From: Raillietiella orientalis
Lineage: Eukaryota
Direction of reading: 5' to 3'
Assembly: GCA_036172245.1 (NCBI GenBank)
Contig: JAYWIR010000075.1
Coordinates: 124,001-188,000, forward strand
Length of the DNA: 64,000 nt
Position 1 is the stretch's first letter; each line of letters begins with the position of its first letter. A program made the position numbers and the translations under genes. A model generated the notes under the pieces. The model made no database searches and was not told the DNA's origin. It saw only the letters and a list, made by a program, of their open reading frames with translations. This document shows positions 52,245-64,000 of the stretch, one piece after another.

Positions 52245-53520
52245 GTTTATCACTAGGTTACGCCGGGAAGTTTATTATAAAAAATGAATGCACATTTGTA
52301 GGGCCATCGGCGCTTCATTGTCCGAAAATGCTCGGAACCTGCCGAGTAACCGGCATGCAGGACGTCGAGGTTCACCTCGGCAGCGGAGGGGGAGGGGGCA
52401 AACAAAAATGAAAATAAAACAAATATATATATACAAAAAATTGAGAGGGTTAGGGAAGGGGTCACCGGAATCCGAGGGGCGTCCTTTGCATCCTTTTCAG
52501 GATGCCGGCCAGTTTCCTCTCAGTACGTCCCAGGTGAGGCCATCTTGCTGCCGTCCTCATGAAGCGCAGGGCAAAGCAGATGTTCAGCAGCGTTCCTGTA
52601 GTAACGTCCTCTTCTCGCGTAGCTCTAAGACACCACAACCCCACATAGGCAGCAGCAAAGAGCTGCTGGGTATCCGGCAAGCGAAAGAGCATCGCTCACG
52701 AGGAGGCGCTTTATCACGCCCCTGGGATTTGTCCGTCGGTGCACCAAAGGACGTTGCGTAACGAAACCACAGGGACCAGAGGGCAACACAGACTACGAGC
52801 AGGTGAGGAAGGGATTCCCATTCCCCGCACCTGCAACAGTTGGTGTCCACAGTCCCCCAGTGAGAGCGGCGGGCATTGCACGGGAAACCCCAGTGCAATA
52901 GTAGAAGTGCCGACTCCTTCCACTTCAGAAGAAGGACCCAATTATTTTTGAACGCTGGGGGCCACTCGAGGCCTTCCTGTAGAATTCCCAGCAGCTCACC
53001 TTAGTGAAACAGTCTTTTCGTTTAGGAAATTGAAGTTGCAGCCTTCTTGAGCTGGCTCGTGGTTCAACCACCTAATTCCTTCGCTCTTCCACCGATCTCA
53101 CATCGGACCTCCCATTTGGCCAGCTGATCACTGTCCAAGTGCTCCCTGAGAGAGGACAGTGCTGCGGCTTGGGAGGTTCTTTGAGACCACTTACACGTGA
53201 TGGGCTGCACAATGACGTCCTTCAGCGAGTTGTAAAACGAGTGCAACAGCCGCTGGCGCATCTCCGGGCTCGCTTCGTTGTTTTGGGCTTATGTGCGAAC
53301 GCTTTCCTGCAACCAGGCATTACCGTTCGCGGGCCGGCAGAAGATCCAGTTGTTGGTCCTGGTCAGCTTGGCCACTTGCCGGAGCTTCAGTCCGCAGAGC
53401 GACACATTGATATGGAGGAAGGTTCCATGAGAACAACCTTTGAGCACTGTCCCCAGTCAATCTTGAGTCCTCGAAGAAATCCTGGTGCAGAGTTCCAGCG
53501 AACTCTAATCTCAAAAACGC
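52245..53520 (-). mobile_element. 5'-truncated, decayed L1/Tx1-type LINE 3' end
   Basis: LAKWEV, HWGFPCNARRSHWGTVDTNCCRCGEWESLPHLLVVC, GILKRMQR, UTR and terminal motif at 52251-52276. Confidence 0.85.
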
Positions 53521-53929
53521 TACTCTCAGAGGTTTAATAGAATTACTGCAGCCAGGTCAGAAGTCAGCAAAACGGTTATGCTGCTGGGGAGCAATTCAAT
53601 CGGACTTACATGAAACAAAAGTGCTGTCGGTCCAGATGGGAGTCATTCCTCAAGCCAGTGACATCCTTATGGTGGCGTGAAAATGTGAACTAGGCTAAGA
53701 ACGTAATATTTGAAGGAATATCGACAAACCATGCACGCACAGGATAGTTGATCAGCACAATCCGCACAATCCGTCTTTACATGCGATTAATACAACTACC
53801 TCGACGGCTACGCACCTCAGTGTAGTCACCATAGTTGCACTCTTCACCACCTCTGTCCGTCATCATATTTTTTCGAAGTTCCCCTCATGAAGTCGTCAAC
53901 CCTTCTTTCAATGATCCACCTTCAAGCTA

Positions 53930-54515
53930 GGAGTAACCCCGGGTGGGGACCATCCTATGATTCCATGTAGGGCTCCGCAGAAAGGACTCCGTTCCCACAT
54001 ACTTGGGTGGGAACCCGGAAGGGAACATCTTCCTTATTCTTTCCGAATGGACCCCTAGAGCGTAGGTACCCTTCGTTTCTTTTCTGAAGGGAACCAGGAA
54101 ACCCTGGAATTTCTTCTCCGAAGGGAACCCGAAAGGGAGCCGTTCCTTGTTACTCCTCTAAAGAGAACCCCGAAGGGACGCTTCCAAATTTTCTCCGAAA
54201 GGTCTCTCCCGAAGAAGGCAGCACGCTTCTCGCACTCTGGAGAGGTATTAATCCACCAGCTCCGTGGTACACATGGAATGGGTCCCCCACGAAGGGAGAC
54301 GACTCCATTTGCACAACCGGGGCAATCCAAAATGAACCGGACTACTTGATTCCTGGAAAGACCCCGAAGGGTCAACTTCCAATGCCACCCACTCGTCGGG
54401 TGCATCCGGTTTCCAGCTTCCACCAGTACTGCACTCCCCGGCGTGACCAGTGCTGCACTCGAACATGGGCCAACCAGCGTCGTCTTGCGGGAAGGACTCG
54501 AAATCCACGATGCAT
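53930..54515. repeat. Dispersed repeat with internal TCCGAAGGGAACCC-like units, copy C
   Basis: About five 35-42 nt units. Homologous to copies A and B. Confidence 0.75.
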
Positions 54516-54534
54516 CCATATCTCGGGCGTCGAT

Positions 54535-56715
54535 CCTTTATTTTCACTCGGTCACGCTGTAGCGTTTATTGTAAAAAAAATATTTACAGAAAAAAACAGT
54601 CATATACAAGATGAAAAATGTCTTTCTTCGTAGTGACTTCACATCACCACTACTAAGGGAGATGCCTCGGAGGCGCTGCTTCTCGTTAGCAGCTCCCCTG
54701 CACTCTCCGCACTGCCCCAAAACATTCCCTCCTCATAAGCAATGAGGTCCGCACAGGAGGAGTGAGATAAGAAGTAGACAAAAACACACAAAAAAGCACA
54801 AAATTTCAGCTTCAAAAAATGCTAGGGGGGAAGGGGAGGGAGCACATATTTCTTCCTGGCATCCTCAGCATCCTCTGGAAGATGTTGGCAACTTTTTCCT
54901 TTTGTTAGCAGAGATGCGGCCATCTTATCTCTTTCCTCATCAAGCAGCAGACGATTGAGATGGCCTCATCATTCGGCTGACCCTTTCGGAGCGGCTTCTC
55001 GCCGCTGCGATCTCATGAAGGCAGCACGGAGCTGCAAAGGAAGATGGAGGCGACATCCAGTGGCGCGCGAAGGAGCACCGCAAAACCTCTCTGCCGTTGA
55101 CCATCAGGAGTAGGAGGACCACAGCGAAGCGTTCCCAGGCGCTCAGGAGGGCAACAACACAATCCAACAACAAGTGCAAGAAGGTTCCTCTTTCCCTGAA
55201 CCTGGCACAGTGTGGGACGGCACTCACTCCTGTCCAGGGGGATTCGTGCGTTGCATGGGATTGCCCAGTGCAACAACTGCGATGCCGAGCCCTGCCACTT
55301 CAGGGGAGGCGTGGAGCTGTCCACAAACACTGAAGATATTTCTGCATCTTCAGGAGGAATGTCTAGGAGTTCTATCCAGCGACGAATTCCTTTAAGGAGG
55401 GCGGAGGGAGTGCATACGTCAGCCAGTTCACATGCCGTCCAGCGTTCCAGCTGCTTCTTTTTCCCCACGATCTCGCAGGATGCTACCCATCTCGCAAGAC
55501 ATCGATATTTCCACTTTGTTATTTGATGTCTAGCGTGGCCTCAAGTGGAGTGTTCCACACCCAAGTGATCTTCCTTGGGAAGTCCATGATTTCCCGCAAC
55601 GGGCAGCGAGCGTAGTTCGAGGATCTCAGACATCGCGACGGGTCCGAGTTCGTGCCGTTTCTTTTCGCCCACATCTGACCTGTTTCCTGTTTTCAGGCAC
55701 TACAGTTGACGAAGTGGCAGAAACTCATGTGTTCTGGATCAAGGCAGTCATTTGCTGGAGTTGGTACCCACATCATGGCAACTGTCGGTGGCCATTCAGG
55801 AGGAACATACCGAGTTTCCTCGGCTCCGGTTGCTCTCTTGGCCAAGAGTCTGGCTTGGACACCCAATAAGTGGTCCAAAACTTCGTCGACAGGACTGATC
55901 TACACTGGAGCTGCCGCTTCATTCTCTCCAACATCAGGATGCGAGTCCAGCGTTCCGACGCTGAGCGCGCACTAGTCCTTCAAGAGGACCCGAGACCTCT
56001 GCGTTCCCCAGAATACTTTTCGCAAAAGTCCTCAGTCCACTTTTTCACATATCCAGGAGGGGGAAAACAAAAAGCAGGGGTCGGAGGAAGGGAGTCGGAA
56101 CAAGTCCCACTGGACAGCCAGTTCCGGCAAGAGAAACTTGCTATTCAGGAACGGGCTGAGCGCCGATTTTTGGAGGCAACCGGACCAGGTTTCTGCTGCA
56201 CAGAAGTCTTCTAACGGGAATCCCAGATACTTAACGCGCCTGACTTGTGGAGATCCCCAAACGGATACAGTCTGGTTGCACTGCCCAGGCCGCATCAACG
56301 GGAAGCACAGTCGACTTCGTTCTGTTTCTACGCTCCTCGGCGGATCAGCTCGAGGAATTCCTCTAGCGATTCTGCCAAAACTGACATGGGTAACAGGAGC
56401 AGAAGATCGTCGGCATAGGCCAACACGACAGGCTTGCTGGGGCACGGACTGGGAAGGGCAGCAAGAGTTGTCCCATATTCTCTCAGAAGGAGAACTGAAC
56501 GCTGAAGAACAACGGACTGTCTTCTTGCCGAATACCGCGCAGCATCGGTACGCCGCACACGTGTCAGCCGCTGAAAAAAATGTTGATCATCACGTCGAAC
56601 CAGCAGGAGCGCAGGTAGGCCAGGAGGACATCCAGGAATCCCATGCGTTCCAAAAGTTCCCAAAGGAGCTCCTGGTCGACACAGTCGAGTGCTTCTTGCT
56701 TGACCAGCACCTGTG
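54535..56715 (-). mobile_element. Decayed L1/Tx1-type LINE (RT to 3' end)
   Basis: ALDCVDQELLWELLERMG, VLAYADDLLL (about 56400-56425), VKYLGFPL, WAIPCNAR, HLLLDC, terminal motif at 54545-54570. Confidence 0.85.
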
Positions 56716-56739
56716 CCCTTGCGTGGGCAGGCGTGGCAA

Positions 56740-59713
56740 GTTACCGTCCGAGCTGTACGACCATCGCCCGATCGTGCAAGAGATTCATCCGCGAGACACG
56801 GCCCACCCTTCGTCAGCGTGGCGTCTCCCAGGGGACTGGCTGAAGCTCCCGGACGCGGTGGAACATCTCCGCGCGTTCATATGGAGCATCAGAATGCGGA
56901 CACTTCAGGACTGGGACCGCTTTAAGAGGTCGGTCCAGGAGTTCTGCGGCCAGTTCCCTCTGCACCGCCTACCTGCGGGATTTGTGGACGGGGTCCGTAA
57001 CAAAAGGTCTTATCCACAGGCCCGACGTTACGCAAGGACCCCCGACACCCGCAGGCTAGCGGAATACAAAGCGGAAGCCGAGAGGCAAGCCTGGCAGTCC
57101 GGATCGGTCAGTTTGTTGGAGGATCAGGGCCGGGAGCACTCGGTACCCGCTCAGATCCGCGGCCTGCTGCGGCGTTTTTATCCCTCCCTGTACGCAAGAA
57201 CGCCTCCCGAGCGGGATGTCTCACGACTCCTGCTCCCGGAAGGCGTTCCAGCGATCAGAGAGGAGGAGAAAAAGTCCTCAACGAGCCTTTCACGATGGGC
57301 GAGATCATCTCGGCCATCGGAAAGCTCAAGAGGCGCAAGGCTCCAGGGGAGGACGGCCTGCCCGCAGAGTTTTATCAAACTTTGCGGCAGATCTTACCCC
57401 CCTGGTACATCAACTCACCTTGCTGACACGCGAGACAGGCAGATACGTTCCCGCCTCGTTTCGCTCGGCAAAGGTGCGGCTCCTCCCAAAAGGAGATCTT
57501 AGGAGCATGAACAACTGGCGTCCCATCACAATGCGGACGCCAAGTTGATAGCTAAGGTTTGGGCAGAGCGCCTGGGAAGGGTTGCAAACGCCTTCGTCAG
57601 CCCGGAACACACAAAGCATTCGACTGCATCGACCAGAAACTCCTGTTGGAGCTTCTGGAACGCTTGGGCTTCCCAGCCTCATGATTGGCCTATCTGCGCT
57701 CCAGCTGGCGCGACGCGCTCATCAATGTTTCTTTCAGCGGGTAGACCGTTCACGGCGTGCCGGTGCGGCGTGAGATATGGCAAGGAGACAGCCTGAGCCC
57801 CTTGCTCTTCAGCACTTACTTCGAGTTGGTACTGAGAGCGTACAGGTAGACTCTGGCGCACCTGCCTCACGACTACGCCTGTACGCCGGCGGTTTCAGCG
57901 TACGCGGACGACCTTCTGCTGCTGCTCCCTATGTCCATCCCGGCTTCGGCAGTCGAGGAGTTCTTCGACCTGCTGCATCGGGGAACCGGACTTACGGTGA
58001 ACAGGGCGAAGTCGTCCGTGATGCCAGTTGGTGCGGCGTGGGCAGGGCAGCAGGACTGGGTCTGTTTGGGGATCCCCACGGTGAGGTACTTCAAGTACCT
58101 TGGTGTGCCGTTGGGGGACTACTCCCCTGCGGAAGTGTAGTCCCGCTGCTTCCAGAAAGTAGAGACGGCGATCGTCCCGTTCCGAGGCGGCAGGTTTTTC
58201 CTGCCTGAACGGGCCGCGGTTTGGAACACGTTCGCGGCTTCTCTCCTCCGTTTCCTGATTTTTGTTTGCCCCCCCACAGAGAGGATTAAAAAGCGGACGA
58301 AGGACCTCCTTCGTATTGCCCTTTGGGGCAACGGGAGGGCCCGAGTCCGCTTGAAGGACTTGTGCGCTCCGCGTCGGGACGGTGGTCTCGGCCTCCTGAC
58401 ATTGGAGCGGCTGGAGCTTCAGCTCCAGTTCCGGATGTTGGCCGTCGTGCCGGAGTTCTGGTGCACCTGCTGGTGCGTCCCTGCACGTCTCCTCGTCAAG
58501 AAAGCCACCGGGAAGACGGGACTCACGTCCTTTCTTTCATTCCATCGCTCCCGCATCAACCGATGTGGGCTCCAGCTGCGGAAGGTGGCTGCCTTGGTTC
58601 GGAAAAATCAAGGATGGATCACCTGTCGCCCCGCGAACGGTAGTGCCTGGTTACAGGACACCGTTCGCACGTGGGCACAGTGCGGCATGCAACGCGCCCA
58701 ACAGGAACGAAGGTTCCTGTTTGGGTGCTACAGAAGTTGCACGCTCCGAGAGATCCTGGAGGATCCGAAGAAGCGAGCGTGGTCAGGAAGAACCCCCCTC
58801 GCTGCTGCGCTGGCCTCCCTAGTGGAACATCAGGACAGCGATGTTGTGGCGAAGTGGGAGGTTACGATAAAAATCTCCGGGAAGGAGAACATAGCAGAGT
58901 GGAAGACGGGTCAGCTGATTGACGCTGCCACCCCGAGTACGCCTCCCCATGGACTTCTGCGCTGGGGCGCGCTGCTCGATGTTGCCATTGAACGTCTGAA
59001 GTAGCCCCCGGTGCTCATGAATACCTCCACCCTTCCCTTAAAATGGCAAGAGTAGGCTCTACTGTTGCAGCACTGGGGACTCCCCTGCAACGCCCGCCGA
59101 CAGCACTGGACCTGGGGAGCGGTGGACCCCAATTGCGTTAGGTGTGGGGAACGGGAGTCCCTCCCCCACCTGCTTGTGGATTGTGTTGCCCTTCGGCCCC
59201 TTTGGTTCCTCTTTGCCGCGGCCATCGAAATCCCCTGCGGCAACTCCAGGGACGCTTTGAAAGCCCTCTTCGTTGCCGACGCCCTTCGGCCTGCGGCCTG
59301 GTTAGCAGCCCTGTGCTGCCTTCGCGGGATCGTCGTCGCTTGGAGCAAGGCTACGGGAGGACCTCGCGATAAGGGTGCCATCCAGCACGCCGCCGAATTT
59401 TTGAGGAGGGCATCGCAGTGGCCCCACCTGGATCCTGGAATTCAGAAAAAGCTTGTCGGCATCCTGCGAAGGATGCAACGGCCCCAGCAGCAACAGTGAT
59501 CCCTTCCCTCACCCTCCCAGCTTTTCTTTTCTATTTGTTTAGTTTTTTTGTTTATCTCCCTTCCTTCTGCTGCTGTGGTGGACCGTACCGGTCTGCGAAC
59601 TGGTGACCCGGTAGGCTGTGTTTCTTCGTGAGTGACTGGAGCACTGGTCCAGCCATAGCACGTCTTTGTTAAAGTTTGTTTGAAATAAACGCCCCGAAGA
59701 AACCGGGTGAAAA
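56740..59713 (+). mobile_element. Most complete L1/Tx1-type LINE copy (end of endonuclease, RT, zinc finger, 3' UTR), frameshifted
   Basis: YDHRPI, WDRFK, KAPGEDGLPAEFY, LLPKGDLRSMNNWRPIT, QGDSLSPLLF, YADD (57901), VNRAKS, FKYLGVPL, DGGLGL, CVRCGERESLPHLLVDC, AATAAA at 59684 followed by the hairpin. Confidence 0.92.
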
Positions 59714-60521
59714 TCGAATGCCTTTTGCAAACCGACTGCGATAGCAAGGGCTCCCGACGCCTTCGACCCAACGTGGCCTCTCGATCCCTGACCATCCCGG
59801 AATTCAAAATCCCTTTGGCCAGACGACTCAACCCTTTGTTGCAACTGAAGCCAGGAGCTGCGTCGATCCTTTCCGAATATTTGAACCCGTGACGCTTGGT
59901 GACACGCATGGAGACCGTAGATGCACGACCTCCAAAGTGGGCAGGCCTTTTCCTTGTAGTTCTCTAATGGAACTTCCATTTTTTACCCCTCCCCTCTCAG
60001 CTCCGGGTTTCTTGGAAGCATTCCGTTTTTGCGCAGTCGACTGACCAGGAATGCTGGATCCTTTTTCCTTCTCCTTCCTGTGGTGGCTCTGTGGGATCGG
60101 GGTGTACCTCCATAAACTTGTTTTCGAAGCAGTCATTGTTTTCGTTCACACAGAATCTTCCAGCAGGTTTGTTCGACTTCCACTGCCGACTTCTCTCTGC
60201 TTCTTTCTGGGTGCACTAACCCCCCTAGACGATTACCAAGGGTTTCTGCTTTTTCCGAGATTTTTCCTTCTTAGGTAATGCTTTGCAGCTTCTCCTGAGG
60301 ATCACACCTCAGCTACTGCTCTCCTTTTGACCAACTCCGGCTGCCCCTTTTTTCCGAAACGACAGATTCCTGCTCTTTTTCACTTTGTTTTTTTCCCTAG
60401 AAATCAGAGCAAGAGGGTAAGCAGTCTGTTCCCGGCAAAACTTTCCACAAACGTTAGCTTCTATTCTAGAATTCCATGCGTTGAAGAATGTACCAAGAAT
60501 TCTTCGCATGATGTACTTCTG

Positions 60522-60750
60522 TTTGTCACCCGGGTGCGCCGGGGCGTTTATTACTAAGCTATCCAGGAACAGAGTTCCCGGACAAAGAACACAGAAGAAA
60601 CGAAGGGAGGGGATCCCCGACACGCAGGTCGGTACACCGAAAGTACGGAACAGGAGGGAGAGGGGACCACAAATACACATATAAAAAAATAAAAATAAAG
60701 ATATGGGGAGAGGGACAGGGGACAGGGGTCTTTGGTGCGGCCGTTCCATT
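60522..60750 (-). mobile_element. LINE family 3' UTR-only fragment
   Basis: MERP end, C/T-rich UTR, best-preserved terminal motif at 60527-60552. Confidence 0.7.
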
Positions 60751-63700
60751 CTTTCAGAACCGGCTTTGGATGCCGGAGATCTTGCTCCTACCGCCCTCTG
60801 GAAGATGGACCCACTCGGAAGCCGACGACATGTACTTCTGTAAGCATATAATCACGCGCATTATAAAGGGAGGGGAACTGTTCTGATTGCTGTCTCTTTC
60901 CAAGGGTTTGAAAAAAATTTCCCTGGAAAACGTCTTCAAAATTCCTTTTTTGAAGGGTCACGTTTTTATGCGTCAAGAATGGTCGAGCAAACAAGACAGC
61001 ATTCATATCACTAAAAAGTTGTGCCCTTCAGCGTTTAAATCAGTGTTACACACGCTTTAACAAATGGAGTATCTAGGAATCATCGTGCTTCCATTCAGAA
61101 GTAGTTGATGTTTTGTGACTTCCATGTGCTCGGATTCTGCACTTGAATTTGAAAGAACCGAAATTGTAACGGCATTTTTCTTTGGAATCAGGACACATCT
61201 GTAAAACGAAGGGCTGATTACGTTTCGCTGCAACTCCCGTACGGTACACGTCTGAGCTTAAACATACTAAGTATCTATGGGAATAAGTAGAATTTGTTTT
61301 CTTGATGAGCGATACGCGATTTCTTTGTAAAGAAACCCTAATGAGGTGGGGAGTGTGTCTCATGAGCCCATGCACAACACACGGCTTTGAAAGAAGCGTG
61401 TCGCCGTTTGAAGGGGATTTCCATTGAAAAGATTAATAAGTTGAAAGTTCTTCATTCCAGAATAACAGGATTTGCCGCTTTCAGTGCTAATAGGATGAGG
61501 AACAGCTGAACTGTCGGGCCCCAAGCAATCGCAGTGTTTGCCCCCCAGGGCTTGAGGCATTGTGCCTCCCTTCTTACCGGATGGTCGATTCAGCGCTCTC
61601 CAGCTCGTATTCGCGAATCATTCGATTGCCGTTATTGCGATTACTGCACAGTAATCGGAAACTTTGAAGTTGTTTACTTTGAAGAATGAACACGCTGGGA
61701 TCGCTGATTACGTGAAATGTAAAAGTTTTTCATATGGTTCCATTTGGAAACGAAACAGAAAATGATATTCAGTTAATGATAATAATGGAAACGGAAAGCA
61801 AATGTGATTCAGTGAGAGGTAGAAACTGAAATGAAGAGTGCATTTTGAGCGAATGACAGTATTGGGAAAAACTTGAAGATGGAAACTGAATACTGTCACG
61901 TGACTCTATTCAAGTTCTTACTCCATTGAAGTTTCGGTCACTGCTGTCAGTCGCGAGCTTTTGCGCGAAGTATGCTTCATGTATGTTTCCTAGTAAAATC
62001 ATAGCGGAGGGTTACCCAAGTAAAGAATCATCAACTGCTGACTCCTTTTCCGTTTCTTGGCCCCGTAAAACTACGCAGTGGACCTTCGCTTACAGAATAA
62101 TCACACTACCCTCCTGCTTACATAAGCTTTAACGTTTGCGACAGATGATTCTTACCTCTTTCGTTCCACCTTTCATTTCGAAATCCAAAAGATTTCGAAG
62201 TGTTGTTCCTTGAACTAATACCCTTCTTTTAGCTAAAATCAAGTTGTCTCCCTTATGAAACGGGGATAAAAGAACCACTAGAATATCTGGATTGTTGGTT
62301 AAGACTGCCCTGGACAGACTTTTCCCCCACAGGAGATGATAGTGAAAATGTCATTTCTAACACTCCTCCCAAGTGATCGCGTCGGTTCGCTAACCGAACA
62401 AAATGAAACCAAATGATTCTGCCTGTTGAAAAAGCGCTGAATGGCTTCCAGAAATCGTGCTGATAATTCCACAAAATGCGTTTGGAGCCTGGCCGTTTGC
62501 AAAGGTGGAAAATGGTCGCGAAATCACTCGCTGATCCTTAGATCGCAAGTGAGAGAACAAACAAAGTACTGTGGGAAAGAGAGCAGCACTGTCATCAGCC
62601 AGTCGCCATGGCAGAATGCTAACTGACAGAACGGATATGAAAAAGCACAACGCTCTCCATTCCAGACTGAGTGATTTCAATGAAATTCCCCGTAATCTGA
62701 GTTTCACATACAGATGTGACCACAGTGCCGTTTCCTTATCGGTCAGCGACAGGTGTTCATGACAAACATCTCCTCCAGGTTATAAGAATAATTTGTGAAC
62801 TTTCGAAGATGAAAACGGTTGGGCTTAAAAAATCACTAGACAAGTGCAGTTGTTTAAGGAGGTCAATACCTGCATCCTATCGTTAACATGGGTGCGAAAC
62901 CACGTATCATATAAAGACAGATACATGATTACTTAAATATATACACGAAACGGCTTCTGTTGCTGGAAATTCTACTATGCCAGCTTTAACAAACTGAGAC
63001 AATGTGAGGAATTTGGCTAGTTAGATGAGTTTATTTCCACTTTTTTTTCTACTGTGAAATTCTATCAATAACATCCGTGGAAAAGGATTGTTTTCCTGGC
63101 AGTTCTCTGAGATCGTGGAGCATCATGGTCACCTTATGTGGTCTTCTTTACATGGTGCTGTAGTAGTAGTGACAGGAATCGTCTTCTGTAGTAGGAATAT
63201 AATTGTGATACCTATAGATGGATAACTAATCTTGAACATCTACTAACTCGATAAAGGCGATAAAACCTCACGGAGTTTCATTTGATCAACGTACAAGTTC
63301 AGAAAGCTGATTGTGTACTTTCTGCATACGAAATACGGTAATGTCGGGAAACTGGCTCATCGATGGTTATACTGATGACGATGCAATGAAGGACGTTGAA
63401 CCATTTTAGCAATTCACTTTATGACTGTCTTAACTGTTTAAAGCAATCGTTGTCAGTATTAATAAATTTAAATCTGAGAAAACGCCTGCATGTTGAAAGT
63501 ATCATGTAAAGTTTTTGAACTGTGCATGCAAATATTATTTCTAAATAGTGATTACTATTTAGGTTGTAAGAATCTTTGTCGAACAATGTTATCACAGAAC
63601 TGAATTCGGAATATCACAATTGAACACTCTCAGTGTATAAAAGAATGTGTTACATGAAGCACAACCAAATCATCCATGCTGCAAAATTTGCCTGGCGACT

Positions 63701-64000
63701 TACTTTACTACTTTGGATTACTTTGTATTCTGACTTCTGATTCTCATCCCGTTTTTGTAACTCCTAACAGTATAAGCATATATATATATATATGCAAAAA
63801 ATTATATGAAAATATCAAACAATCATCAGATCCTAAGGTATTGTTGTTATAAATGAAAATGCCATCAATAGTGACTATGGTTTACGGCTGAAATTCATAT
63901 TCATGATCAGCAACCTTGTGTTTGAGAGTCTACTCATTGTGCTGCTCTCAATTTAACTATTTCAAATACTATGATATACTATCTAACAGCTGAAATATAC

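Noticed and set aside
56138..57502. 454-aa ORF as a gene
   Set aside because: It is a chimera of the antisense of one LINE copy and a frameshifting sense part of another.

Overview
Eukaryotic DNA, most likely from an arthropod (inferred from the protein sequence and the 41-52 nt introns). An AT-rich central island (about 32-42 kb) holds two convergent spliced genes. The first is a complete TspanC8 tetraspanin (Tsp26A/TSPAN5-like, + strand, 274 aa). The second is an uncharacterised, largely low-complexity protein on the - strand whose 5' end I could not resolve. Both flanks (about 1-31 kb and 49-63 kb) are transposon graveyards. They contain at least 8 decayed copies of one L1/Tx1-type LINE family, a decayed Helitron-like Rep/helicase, BEL/Pao, piggyBac and pogo remnants, a 640-bp AT-rich foldback, and a three-copy repeat made of internal 35-42 nt units. 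The best finding is in the tetraspanin: two tandem 117-nt homologous exons (last loop cysteine plus most of TM4) that look mutually exclusive, with a 19-23 bp intron-intron duplex that would loop out the second exon. A second finding is a fixed-spacing AATAAA-plus-hairpin terminus shared by seven LINE copies. All calls come from reading by eye with no database search, and the boundaries of decayed elements are approximate.
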